A stretch of DNA of 36,238 nt, from assembly GCF_004010195.1 (NCBI RefSeq), contig NC_057719.1, positions 92,362,375-92,398,612 on the forward strand. Reading direction: 5' to 3'. Below the pieces are notes generated by a model. The model made no database searches. It saw only the letters and a program-made list of their open reading frames with translations, and was not told where the DNA came from. Source of the stretch: Chiloscyllium plagiosum (Eukaryota). Within the stretch, counting starts at the first letter, position 1. Each line of letters opens with the position of its first letter. Positions 21,895 through 33,641 of this stretch are shown here, one piece after another. A program made the position numbers and the translations under genes.

Positions 21895-23691
21895 TTACAG
21901 AACATAGAACATTACAGCACAGTACAGGCCCTTCGGCCCTCGATGTTGCACCGACCTGTGAAATCAATCTGAAGCCAAGCTAACCTACACTATTCCATTT
22001 ACATCCATATGTTTATCCAATGACCACTTAAATGCCCTTAAAGCTGGCGAGTCTACTACTGTATGTTCCACGCTCTTACTACTCTCTGAGTAAAGAACCT
22101 ACCTCTGACATCTGTTCTATATCTATCACCCCTCAATTTAAAGCTATGTCCCCTTGTGCTAGCCACCACCATCCGAGTAAAAAGGCTCTCACTGTCCACT
22201 CTATCTAACCCTCGGATTATCTTATATACCTCAATTAAGTCACCTCTCAACCTTCTTCTCTCTAACGAAAACAGCTTCAAGGCCCTCACCCTTTCCTCAT
22301 TAGACCTTCCCTCCATACCAGGCGACATCCTAGTAAATCTCCTCTGAACCCTTTCCAATGCTTCCAAATCATTCCTATAATGCGGTGACCAGAACTGTAC
22401 GCAATAGTTCAAGTGCGGCCACACCCAGAGTCTTGTACAGCTGCAGCATCACCTCATGGCTCCGAAACGCAATCCCTCTATCAATAAAAGCTAACACACT
22501 GTATGCCTTCTTAACCCTATCAACTTGGGTGGCAACTCTCAGGGATCTATGCACATGGACACTGAGATCTCTCTGTTCATCTACACTACCAAGAATCTTA
22601 CCATTAGCCCAGTACTCTTTATTCCTGTTACTCCTTCCAAAGTAAATCACCTCACACTTTTCTGCATTAAACTCCATTTGCCACCTCTCAGCCCAGCTCT
22701 GCAGCTTATCTGTGTCCCTCTGTAACCTGCAACATCCTTTAGCACTATCCACAACTCTACTGACCTTAGTGTCACCTGCAAATTTACTAACCCATCCTTC
22801 TCTGCCCTCATCCAGGTCATTTATAAAAATGACAAACAGCAGTGGCTTCAAAACAGATCCTTGCAGTACACCACTAGTAACTGAACTCCAGGATGAACAT
22901 TTCCCATCAACCACCACCTTCTATCTTCTTTCAGCTAGCCAATCTCTGATTCAAACTGCTAAATCATCCTCAATCCCATGCCTCCGTATTTTCTGCAATA
23001 GCCTACTGTAGGGAACCTTATCTCAAACTGAAATCCATATACACCACATCAACTGCTTTACCCTCATCCACCTGTTTGGTCACCTTCTCAAAGAACTTAA
23101 TAAGGTTTGTGAGGCATGACCTACCCTTCACAAAACTGTGTTGACTATCCCTAATCAAAATATTCCTCTCTAGATTATAATAAATCCTATCTCTTATAAC
23201 CTTTCCAAACTTTACCCACAACTGAAGTAAAGCTGACTGGTCTATAATTACCAGGGTTGTCTCTACTCTTTATTCCTGGGTTGTGGGCGGCACGGTGGCA
23301 CAGTGGTTAGCACTGCTGCCTCACAGTGCCAGAGACCCGGGTTCAATTCCCGCCTCAGGCGACTGACTGTGTGCAGTTTGCACATTCTCACCGTGTCTGC
23401 ATGGGTTTCCTCCGGGTGCTCCGGTTTCCTCCCACAGTCCAAAGATGTGCAGGTCAGGTGAATTGGCCATACTAAATTGCCCCTAGTGTTAGGTAAGGGG
23501 CAAATGTAGGGGTATGGGTGGGTTGCGCTTCGGCAGGTCGGTGTGGACTTGTTGGGCCGAAGGGCCTGTTTCCACACTGTAAGTAATCTAATCTAATCTC
23601 CTCCCCTTCATTTGCTGCCCTCCTGTCTTCTGGCACTATTCCTGTAGACGATGATGACATAAGATCAAAGCCAAAGGCTCTGCAATCTCCT
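21895..23691 (-). mobile_element. CR1 LINE ORF2 RT to 3' end; resumes at 25118-25255 after a nested insertion
   Basis: ORFs encode SQHSFVKGRSCLTNLIKFFEKVT, VTSGVLQGSVLKPLLFVIFINDL...SKFAGDTK (degenerate FADD), and LNYCVQFWSPHYRNDLEALERVQRRFTRM. Confidence 0.92.
23285..23598 (+). mobile_element. HE1-type SINE inserted in CR1
   Basis: GGCACGGTGGCACAGTGGTTAGCACTG...GGTTCAATTCC, with a (taatc)n tail. Confidence 0.92.
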
Positions 23692-25117
23692 GAACTTATA
23701 TTTGCCAGGATTTGGTGTTGGAGAGGCTGTTAGGTCTGAAGGTTGATAAGTCTCCGGGGCCTGATGGTCTGCATCCCAGGGTACTGAAGGAGGTGGCTCG
23801 GGAAATCGTGGATGCGTTGGTGATTATTTTCCAGAGTTCAATAGATTCGGGGTCAGTTCCTGACGATTGGAGGGTGGCTAATGTTATACCACTTTTTAAG
23901 AAAGGTGGGCGAGAGAAAGCAGGAAATTATAGACCAGTTAGTTTGACCTCAGTGGTGGGAAAGATGCTGGAGTCTATTATAAAGAATGAAATAACGACAC
24001 ATCTGGATAGTAGTAACAGGATAGAACAGAGTCAGCATGGATTTATGAAGGAGAAATCATGCTTGACTAATCTTCTTAAATTTTTTGAGGATGTAACTNN
24101 NNNNNNNNNNNNNNNNNNNNNNNNNNNNNNNNNNNNNNNNNNNNNNNNNNNNNNNNNNNNNNNNNNNNNNNNNNNNNNNNNNNNNNNNNNNNNNNNNNNN
24201 NNNNNNNNNNNNNNNNNNNNNNNNNNNNNNNNNNNNNNNNNNNNNNNNNNNNNNNNNNNNNNNNNNNNNNNNNNNNNNNNNNNNNNNNNNNNNNNNNNNN
24301 NNNNNNNNNNNNNNNNNNNNNNNNNNNNNNNNNNNNNNNNNNNNNNNNNNNNNNNNNNNNNNNNNNNNNNNNNNNNNNNNNNNNNNNNNNNNNNNNNNNN
24401 NNNNNNNNNNNNNNNNNNNNNNNNNNNNNNNNNNNNNNNNNNNNNNNNNNNNNNNNNNNNNNNNNNNNNNNNNNNNNNNNNNNNNNNNNNNNNNNNNNNN
24501 NNNNNNNNNNNNNNNNNNNNNNNNNNNNNNNNNNNNNNNNNNNNNNNNNNNNNNNNNNNNNNNNNNNNNNNNNNNNNNNNNNNNNNNNNNNNNNNNNNNN
24601 NNNNNNNNNNNNNNNNNNNNNNNNNNNNNNNNNNNNNNNNNNNNNNNNNNNNNNNNNNNNNNNNNNNNNNNNNNNNNNNNNNNNNNNNNNNNNNNNNNNN
24701 NNNNNNNNNNNNNNNNNNNNNNNNNNNNNNNNNNNNNNNNNNNNNNNNNNNNNNNNNNNNNNNNNNNNNNNNNNNNNNNNNNNNNNNNNNNNNNNNNNNN
24801 NNNNNNNNNNNNNNNNNNNNNNNNNNNNNNNNNNNNNNNNNNNNNNNNNNNNNNNNNNNNNNNNNNNNNNNNNNNNNNNNNNNNNNNNNNNNNNNNNNNN
24901 NNNNNNNNNNNNNNNNNNNNNNGCCCATTCTCTGGATTCATTTAAGAAAGAGTTGGATAGACCTCTCAAAGATAGTGGAATCAAGGGTTATGGAGATAAG
25001 GCAGGAACAGGATACTGATTAGGAATGATCAGCCATGATTATATTGAATGGCGGTGCAGGCTCGAAGGGCTGAATGACCTACTCCTGCACATATTGTCTA
25101 TTGTCTATTGTCTATTG
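23692..25117 (+). mobile_element. Young 5'-truncated CR1 LINE nested in the minus-strand CR1
   Basis: Open frame LKVDKSPGPDGLHPRVLKE...WRVANVIPLFKKGGREKAGNYRPVSLTS...QHGFMKEKSCLTNLL up to the gap, an (attgtct)n tail, and TSD tctcct at 23686-23691 and 25118-25123. Confidence 0.9.
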
Positions 25118-25309
25118 TCTCCTCCCTGGCTTCCCAGAGAAACCTCGGGTAAATCCCATCCGGCCCAGGGGACTTATCCATTTTCACACTTGCCAGAATT
25201 GCTAACACCTTCTCCTTGCAAACCTCAATCCTATCTAGTCTAATAGCCTGCACCTCGGGCTATCTCCTTGGCGTCTTCATCCACGAAACACAAAAAAACT
25301 AACATCCAT

Positions 25310-25940
25310 ATTCCAGCGAGTGATAGGGAAGGCAAATGGAATGTTGGCCTTTATTTCAAAGGGAATGGAATATCAAAGTAGGGAGCTTTCGCTGAACCTA
25401 GACAAGGCACTCGTCAGACAAGAGTTGGAATACTGTGAACTGTTTTGCGTCCCTTATCTAAGGAAAGATAGACTAACTTTTGAGACAGTCCAGAGAACGT
25501 TCATTTGGCTGATCCCGGCTGTGGAGGGACTGTCTTATGAGGAGAGGGTGAGTTGTTTGGGCCTGGAGGTTTCGCTGAATGAGAGGCAACTTTATTGAAA
25601 CTTACTCGACCGGGGAGATGCAGAAAGGTTGTTTCCCCTTGTGGGAGAGTCTTGGAGCAGACAGCCTGATCTCAGAATGACGGGTCGCCCATTTAAGGCA
25701 GAGAGGAGGAGGAACGCGTCCTCTCAGATGGTGATGGATCTGTGGGATTTTTAACCTCAGAGGGCTACCGAGACTGGCCCGTTCCGTATATAGAAGGCTG
25801 AGGGACAGATTTTTAATCGGTAAGGGAATCGAGGGTTATGTGGAACGGGCACAACATGGAGTTAAGGATGATTAGATCAGCCATCATTTCATTGATGGGC
25901 TGAATGGCCTATTCGTGCTGCCATATATCATGGTCTTAAC
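25310..25940 (+). mobile_element. CR1 LINE 3' portion, decayed
   Basis: Encodes IGKANGMLAFISKGMEYQSRE...LEYCELFCVPYLRKD...GLSYEER. Confidence 0.85.
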
Positions 25941-26147
25941 AATCAAGAGTAGTTTTACAGCACCATTACTGTAAGACTAGCTTTGCTCCCATAGACTTGG
26001 CCTCCTTCTCCTCCTCCCTCTTCTCTTTAGCTTTGCTGAACTGTACTGGTTGCTCTGCTATTAGTAAACTGTATGGGGGCAGTGGGGGGGTGGGGGGGGG
26101 GTGCAGAAAAGATTGACCATGGTGTTGCTGGGATTGGAGGGTTTCAG

Positions 26148-26665
26148 TTGAGGCTGGATAGGCTAGGACTTTTCTCCCCGCAGCACCAGGGGTTGAGGGG
26201 TGACCTTATAGAGGTTTGTAAAACCATGAGGGGCATGGATAGGGTGAATAGCCGAGGTCTTTTCCCTGGGGTTGGGGGGACCAGAACTATAGGGCATAGG
26301 TTTAGGGTGAGAGGGGAAAGATATAAAAGAGACCTAAGGGGCAGCTTTTTCACGCAGAGGGTGGTGCGTGTATGGAATGAGCTGCCAGAGGGAATGGTAG
26401 AGGCTGGTACAATTACAGCATTTAAAAGGTATGGACAGATACATGGATAGGAAGGTTCAGAGGGATATGGGTCGAGAGTGTGGTGCTGGAAAAGCACAGC
26501 AAGTCAGGCAGCATTCGAGGAGCAGGAGAATGGATATTTTGAGCATAAACCCTTCATCAGGAATGAGGGATATGGGCCAGAAACAGGCAAATGGAACTAA
26601 TCTAGTTTGAGAAATCAGGTTGGCATGGACGAAGGGTCTGTTTCTGTGCTGTACGGCTCTGTGAT
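26148..26665 (+). mobile_element. CR1 LINE 3' end containing a PLE insert
   Basis: Encodes RLDRLGLFS...LRGDLIEVCKTMRG...FFTQRVVRVWNELP. Confidence 0.88.
26472..26564 (-). mobile_element. Short PLE pLTR insert with 12-bp TSD and a decayed hammerhead
   Basis: TSD gagggatatggg at 26460-26471 and 26565-26576. The minus strand keeps CUGAUGA, but GAAAC has become AAAAU. Confidence 0.8.
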
Positions 26666-26689
26666 TGAATAACTGTACAACTGAGTGGC

Positions 26690-26915
26690 TGAATCATAGA
26701 AACATACAGCATGGAAACAGACCCTTCGGTCCAACCTGTCCATGCCGGCCAGATATCCCAACCCAATTTAATCCCACCTGCCAGCCCCCGGCCCATATCC
26801 TCCAAACCCTTCCTATTCATATACCCATCCAGATGCCTCTTAAATGATGCAATTGTACCAGCCTCCACCACTTCCTCTGGCAGCTCATTCCATACACGTA
26901 CCACCCTCTGCGTGA
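26690..26915 (-). mobile_element. CR1 LINE 3' end
   Basis: Encodes VRVWNELPEEVVEAGTIASFKRHLDGYMNRKGLE. Confidence 0.88.
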
Positions 26916-27296
26916 ATGAGGTTACAAGTTGCTACATCAAGTCACTGCTATCTCATCACACAGTTTCTGTTCAGTTCCACAGTATCAACGGACGCAAAAC
27001 AAATTATAAGTCTGTAAAATGAATGCAGCAAATGAATTAAATGTTTGGAATGAATCAATACGGTCCTTCAAACCAGAAAAGGTAAATTTACATGAATAAA
27101 ACATCAAGCAATAATGTTATGGACCCATAATTGATGGAATCTAATTACCCAGAGTGCAGTCGAATCGATCATGATTCATTGAATGGAAAACAAATATTTT
27201 ACTATCTCTCTGATGGTGTTGGCTGATTCCTTTCAGTCAAGTTCCCTAAATATTCATTAACCCCACATGCAGCAAATGTGGGGTTTACGGACTTTA

Positions 27297-27630
27297 GGGT
27301 GGCACGGTGGCACAGTGGTTAGCACTGCTGCCTCACAGCGCCAGAGACCCGGGTTCAATTCCCGCCTCAGGCGACTGACTGTGTGGAGTTTGCACATTCT
27401 CCCCGTGTCTGCGTGGGTTTCCTCCGGGTGCTCCGGTTTCCTCCCACAGTCCAAAGATGTGCAGGGTCAGGTGAATTGGCCATACTAAATTGCCCCTAGT
27501 GTTAGGTAAGGGGTAAATGTAGGGGTATGGATGGGTTTCGCTTCGGCGGGTCGGTGTGGACTTGTTGGGCCGAAGGGCCTGTTTCCACACTGTAATCTAA
27601 TCTAATCTAATCTAATCTAATCTAATCTAA
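27297..27630 (+). mobile_element. HE1-type SINE, young, with a long (TCTAA)n tail
   Basis: Near-identical to 23285-23598; tail at 27593-27630. Confidence 0.93.
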
Positions 27631-27914
27631 TGCCCTTTTCCCTCCCCATTACTCCCTACGTGTCCTTTCTTAAATATTGTCTCCGCGTTTTACCTCCGCC
27701 AACTGCGGCCTGCTCTCCTGAACCCGCTCCCTAGCTCCATGAGGCCCCCAGCTCCAGAAATGGGCACCGTCCTCACGGAAGCTTCTGGAAGGCTGCCGCA
27801 GCCAATCTCAGAAAGTGGCCTGGCGGAAATGGCACCGTGTCGTCAAGTCGTAAAACGTCAGAAAGTACTTCACTTCCAATTTTGGTGCTTCGAAAGAGGA
27901 GTCACAGCCACTAG

Positions 27915-28815
27915 ATAAACATGAGGTGTTGCACTTTGTGAGAGGAACCAGGGCAGGACTCAAACAGTTAATGATAGGGCTCTGGGGAGTGTTGTCGCAC
28001 AAAGAGACCTAGAGGTGCAGCTACACGGTTCCTTGGAAGTGGCATCGCGGGCAGACAGGATGGTGAAGAAGGTGTTAGGCATGCTTGCCTTCATTAGTCA
28101 GAGCATTGAGTACAGGAGTTGAGACATCATGTTATGACTATACAAGATATTGGTGAGGCCGCATTTGGAGGACTGCGTTCAGCTAGAATTAGAGTTAAGA
28201 TCCCTACATTGTGGGAAACAGGCCCTTCGGCCCAACAAGTCCACACCGACCCTCTGAAGAGTAACCCACCCAGACCCATTCCCCTACCCTATATTCACCC
28301 CAGACTAATACATCTCTGCTATAGCAAGGATGTTATTAAACCGGAGAGGGTGCAGAAAAGATTTCCAAGGATGTTACCGAGACTGGAGGATTTAAATTAT
28401 ATGGAGAGGCTGGGAATTTTTCCCTGGAGCATATGAGGTTGAGGGGGTGACCTTATTGATGTTGATAAAATCATGAGGGGCATAGATTACATGAATAGCT
28501 TTTCCCCCGGGTAAGGGTGTCCAAAAGTAGAGGGCGTAGGTTTAAGGTGAGAGGGGAAAGATTTAACAGGGACCTGAGGGGCAACCTTTTTCACACACAG
28601 GGTGGTGCGTGTATGGGATGAGCTGTCAGAGGGGGTGGCGGAGGTGGGTACAATTACAACATTTGAAAGGCATCTGAATGGGTATATGAGTAGGAAGGGT
28701 TTGGAGGGTTTTGTGACAAACGCAGGCAAATGGAACTAGTTCAGGTTAGGAAACCTGGTCAGTGTGGATATGTTGGACCCAAAGGCTCTGTTTCTGTGCT
28801 ATATGACAGTATAAT
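27915..28815 (+). mobile_element. CR1 LINE 3' portion interrupted by a SINE tail (about 28185-28312, minus strand)
   Basis: Encodes YSKDVIKPERVQKRFPRMLPRLEDLNYMERL plus an FFT.RVV.VW.ELSE-type end. Confidence 0.85.
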
Positions 28816-30432
28816 CTAATGACTCTGTATCATGTAGAAACCATGGGGACGGGTTAGCTCAGTTGGCTGGATTAGAACGATACAGAATCAACCCAACAGC
28901 ACAGGTGAATCACAATACCTGTACATTTTATGGTCTCCTCACCTCACTGTCGAGTAGTCATCCCGACAATGTGCACATAACTAATTGTCTCTCTCTGAGG
29001 AGGTCAGATGTTTGCGAGTGGCATCAATTTCCACACACACACAGCTAAAAGATTATGTTACTTGTTAAAGTGAAGAAGTGCTTTGGACAAAATCATTGAC
29101 CTTTGACCAGGGTTGCTCTGCGATATTGAGTGCTCTTCCAGGGCACTGCTGACTGCAACTGGTGTAGAGTCAGCATGGCTTCCTGAAGGAGAAATGGGCC
29201 TCAGAAACACATTACTTGAGGAGGACACATAAGGGGGGAACCAGTCGATATAATATATTTGGATTCATAGTTGGTTTATAAGATAGCACACATTAGCTCC
29301 TTAATAACGTAAGAGCCCATTGTGTAGGTGGTAGCATATTAGCATGGATACGGGATTAGTTAACTCATAGAAAGAAGAGAGTTTGGAAAAGGGGGGTATT
29401 TTCAGGATGGCAATCTGTGCAGTTCCACAGGGAGCAGTGCCGAGTCCACAATTATTTGCAACATATATCAATGACTCATTTAAAAACAGAAAGTGCTGGA
29501 GAAAGCACACCGTCAGTGGAGAGAGAAGCAGGGCTAGGCCTGATTGGTGTGTGGTTTGTTTTGCTCAGGAAGCGGGTGAACCCAGGTCTGGTTCCAGTAA
29601 TCTCTCTACTCCGTAACCAGGGAATGTCTCTCAATTCAACTTCCTGTTGTTCCTTAGATCGGAATCCTGGCCTCTAGCCCTCCCAGACATGCTCAATTGA
29701 AACACTTTCCCGTTGATACATTTCATTACCCTCGAGAATGCAGGGGTGAGGAGAGATTGGCGCAACGAGGTCTGGCTTTCCACGGAGAGGGAAAGGTTAA
29801 GAGGAGATTTGATTGAGTTTTCCCAATCTGGGTAGAGGGCGTAGGAAGAAACTGTTCCGACTCAGTAATCAGTTGAGAAACAGAGGGTGCAGAATTGAAG
29901 TGCTGTGCGGAAGAAGCGAATGCAAGATGAGGAAGAAACCTTTCTCACCCAGTGAGTATGTGAGGTGCACACACCACGATTGTTTGCAACATGTATTCAT
30001 GACTTGTCTAAGGAAAGTGAATGTGCTGTGGCTACGTTTGTGGATGACACAGAAATAGGTGGGAAGTCAAATGGTGAGATTGATGTAAACAGTCTGCAGT
30101 GGGGTAGGGGCAGCTTGAAGGAAAACTTGGCAGATGGATCATAATGTAAGGTTATGCGGTGTGGTGGAGGCAGGTTCAGTTGTGGCATTCAAGAGGGGTA
30201 TCAGAGGATTATTTAAATCGAAATGTGATGCAGGGTTATGATGCAAGAAGCACCAGAATGACTCTTCAGCTAAAATGCTCTGAGAGCTAGCACAGATACC
30301 GTGGGCTGAATGGTATTGTTCCACACTGTTAGCAATTCTGTGACTCCATGATCTGATCGCCCATTGGTGCGTGCGTCCCCGGGATTTCAGCCTCCCGTCC
30401 CCCCATTCCCCGGTGATGAGAGGAAGGGTTAA

Positions 30433-30537
<105 letters not shown>

Positions 30538-31025
30538 TAAGTACCACAGACCGCTCGCTGCAAACCGAGCCGGGGGGGGGGGGGGGGGGGGGGGGTGGTT
30601 ATCAGATCCAGACAGACCCACCACAAAAGGGACAGGAAGGCCAGGGTGCTGGGATATGGGGTGACTGTGGCCTCAGTCTGACCACCCGTGTTCCTCACTG
30701 CAGGCAGAAACACAACAGGCTGCGGTACACCACACTGACAGCTTCAACCTCCGTCACACCTCCCGGAGTGTCGGCACTATATTCCATCTATTGCAGCAAT
30801 TAGACTGGCCATGGAGAGATCTCAGTCTGAGTGTTTTGGACAGCGGCCAGTCGCACTGAAGGATCGTTCGATTCTCAGTGAACCGACAGTTTTTAGTTTT
30901 AGATTATTTCACCCACGGGTTGTGGGCATCTCTGGCTAGGCCCAGCTTTTGCTGCCCACCCCTAACCACCCAGACGGCAGTTAATATTCAGTCACAATGC
31001 TGTGGCCCTGGAGTAGGCCAGAACA

Positions 31026-31140
31026 GGCAGCACGGTGGGTCAGTGGTTAGCACTGCTGCCTCACAGCACCAGAGACCCGGGTTCGATTCCAGCCTCGGGC
31101 GACTGTCTGTGTGGAGTTTGCACATTCTCCCTGTGTCTAT
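31026..31140 (+). mobile_element. HE1-type SINE 5' half
   Basis: GCACGGTGGGTCAGTGGTTAGCAC...GGTTCGATTCC, truncated at about 31140. Confidence 0.85.
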
Positions 31141-31303
31141 GAAATTCCTCCCTTTGAAGCTGTTAGCAAGCTGCATGGCCTCTTCCCCCAGAATTGGACA
31201 CTCAGTTCTGGATTTGAATTCCAGTTTTACACAACAGAATGGCAACTTAGGTCCCCACAGCGTTCCCTGGGCCCCTCGATTTACACTGCAGTGATAATAC
31301 TGA

Positions 31304-31867
<564 letters not shown>

Positions 31868-32396
31868 ACAGTTTACTGATGATCGAGAATAGACTGGTGG
31901 GGCATGGGTTGGCTTGGTAAGGCCTTTTGAAGTTTGACGTTGACAGCACAGAAACTGGCCACTTGGCCCATCGTGTTCATGCTGGTCAACAAAGGTGCTA
32001 CTCTGGGCCATCTTTCACCTTTGGAATGCTCGCTGTATTCAGGCAATGAATCTGAGGGACAGTGAGCAACCAGCCTCATTCCAAGAACCCTGCAGGAGCT
32101 ACGAGGAGTCTAATCTCACTGTGGGGTCAGCCGAATCGGGAATACAGGCCTCACCGCCTGTCCCCCACTTTCCCCATGCCGTCAAACAAATCGGGAAGCC
32201 CGGGAATGGGAGCAGAAATCCCAGAATGCGGTCCTGTCCGCCACGTTCGGAATTCCCCGGAGTCTCGCTTACTCTGTAAAAATGCTAGCCGAGACTCTGT
32301 TGATGGGACTGTGCAGCTAATGGGTTGGCTTTCTGGATAATGGATACTAATTAATTAATGAGTTGTAATGTGGACTCGGATTTTTTTTTTCCCCAG

Positions 32397-32449
32397 ACAA
32401 ATTGATGGAGGAGACGGAAGAACTTTGTCTGCAGAGAGAACAGAAGGCG
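32397..32449 (+). CDS. PLEKHD1: PLEKHD1-type internal exon (coiled coil), phase 1/0
   Basis: ttttttccccag|AC AAA...GCG|gtaagt. Encodes (D)KLMEETEELCLQREQKA. Confidence 0.93.
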
Positions 32450-33391
32450 GTAAGTGTAGCTAAGATGGCGGAGTTGCCCAAAGGGGCCCGTATAACCGTC
32501 AACTCATATCCTGACCCCTTGGCAATGCCAATATTCAGCCCCTCCTTCACCGTTGTTACTCTCCTTTCCTATCTCTCTGTCTTTACTTCTCTTAACATCA
32601 TTTCGAATAGTCATTTGGTAGGGCAGAACTTGAGCATTGCTGAGAAATGATATAAGGGTAATTTAAATTCCCAAGCCAGACATTTTGTCTCTGAATTCAG
32701 CAGAGCCTGCTGTTAACCGAAAATCAGCATTTTGTGGATGCATTCCCCATGGCTACAGCCCACCTGCCAACCAATCTGCACTGTCCCCAAAGGGTTGTTT
32801 GTTTCTCCTTGAATTGGCATTCTTGTGAATTGTCCTGATGAGTGCAGGAGGGCAAGGCTTCATCAAAATGTGTTTTGTTTCCACAGTGATTTATTTTTAT
32901 TTGTTCGCAGGATCTGGGCATCGCTGGCTGAGCTGGCATTTATAGCCCAGAAGGTAGTTAGGAGTTGACCACATTGCTGTAATGTGTAGGCCGCACCAGG
33001 TAACAACAGCAGATTTCCTTCCGTACAGGACCACACGTAACAATCGACAATTGTTACGCTCGCCACTTTGTTTTCAGAATAAATAGAGTTTTAAAAGCAT
33101 AATTCACATTTCACCACCTGCCCATCAAGCCCATGTCCCCAAAACATCAGCCTGGGCTCGAGATGACAAAATCAGTCACACAGTCAGCTCCCTAACCCTC
33201 TCACTCAGTCTGATTTTGAGTTCAGGTTTCAGACACCGTGCCAATTGTCCCTTTTCTGACAATCGTCCGGCAGGAGAAGGCAAGTTTTTTTTGTGCAACG
33301 GGTATTTTTTCTATTCCTCAGCAGGTGGGTGAAAGGAATGGGGTGGAAGTGCTGTGGGGGATCTGATGTCGGTGCACCATTTTGATCTCAT

Positions 33392-33526
33392 CGAGTTTTG
33401 AGAAGATTTATAGCTCAGGTTAAGGATCTGGATGAGGCTTCATTCGGAGGCTCACTGATGATGTTACCGCGTATGGTGACGAAACGTCTGAAAACGAACC
33501 TTCCAGCTCAGCGAGCAAACCTACAT
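33392..33526. mobile_element. Short PLE-type insert (second family), probably internally inverted, just upstream of the exon acceptor
   Basis: Imperfect 15-bp TSD ccattttgatctcat (33377-33391) and ccattttaatctcgt (33527-33541). The left part ends ggatg and the right part ends catcc (reverse complements). Confidence 0.7.
33443..33498 (+). ncRNA. Minimal type-I hammerhead ribozyme motif
   Basis: UCA (33452-54), CUGAUGA (33455-61), extra U, GUUACC-gcguau-GGUGAC (6-bp helix II), GAAAC-GUC (cut after 33488), UGA (33489-91). Helix I can extend through UUCG/CGAA. Confidence 0.82.
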
Positions 33527-33546
33527 CCATTTTAATCTCGTTGCAG

Positions 33547-33641
33547 GAGCTGGAACGGCTGAATCAGGTCCTGGAGGTGGAAAAGAACAGGATTGAGGAA
33601 ATGGTCCAGGATTTGAAATCAGAGCAGGAACAGATAAAGAG
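33547..33641 (+). CDS. PLEKHD1: PLEKHD1-type internal exon (coiled coil), phase 0/2; the gene continues beyond the window
   Basis: ctcgttgcag|GAG CTG...AAG AG|gtaaaa. Encodes ELERLNQVLEVEKNRIEEMVQDLKSEQEQIK(R). Confidence 0.93.

Noticed and set aside
26530..26564. Functional hammerheads at 26530-26564 and 36001-36040
   Set aside because: Core mutations (GAAAC to AAAAU; CUGAAGA to CUUAAGA with loss of the ACGU palindrome), and both are antisense to the host gene.
32830..32866. uuguc-CUGAUGA...aggcuuc-aucaa, a possible old hammerhead
   Set aside because: GAAA is replaced by GCAA and helices I and II do not pair; it cannot be supported as functional.
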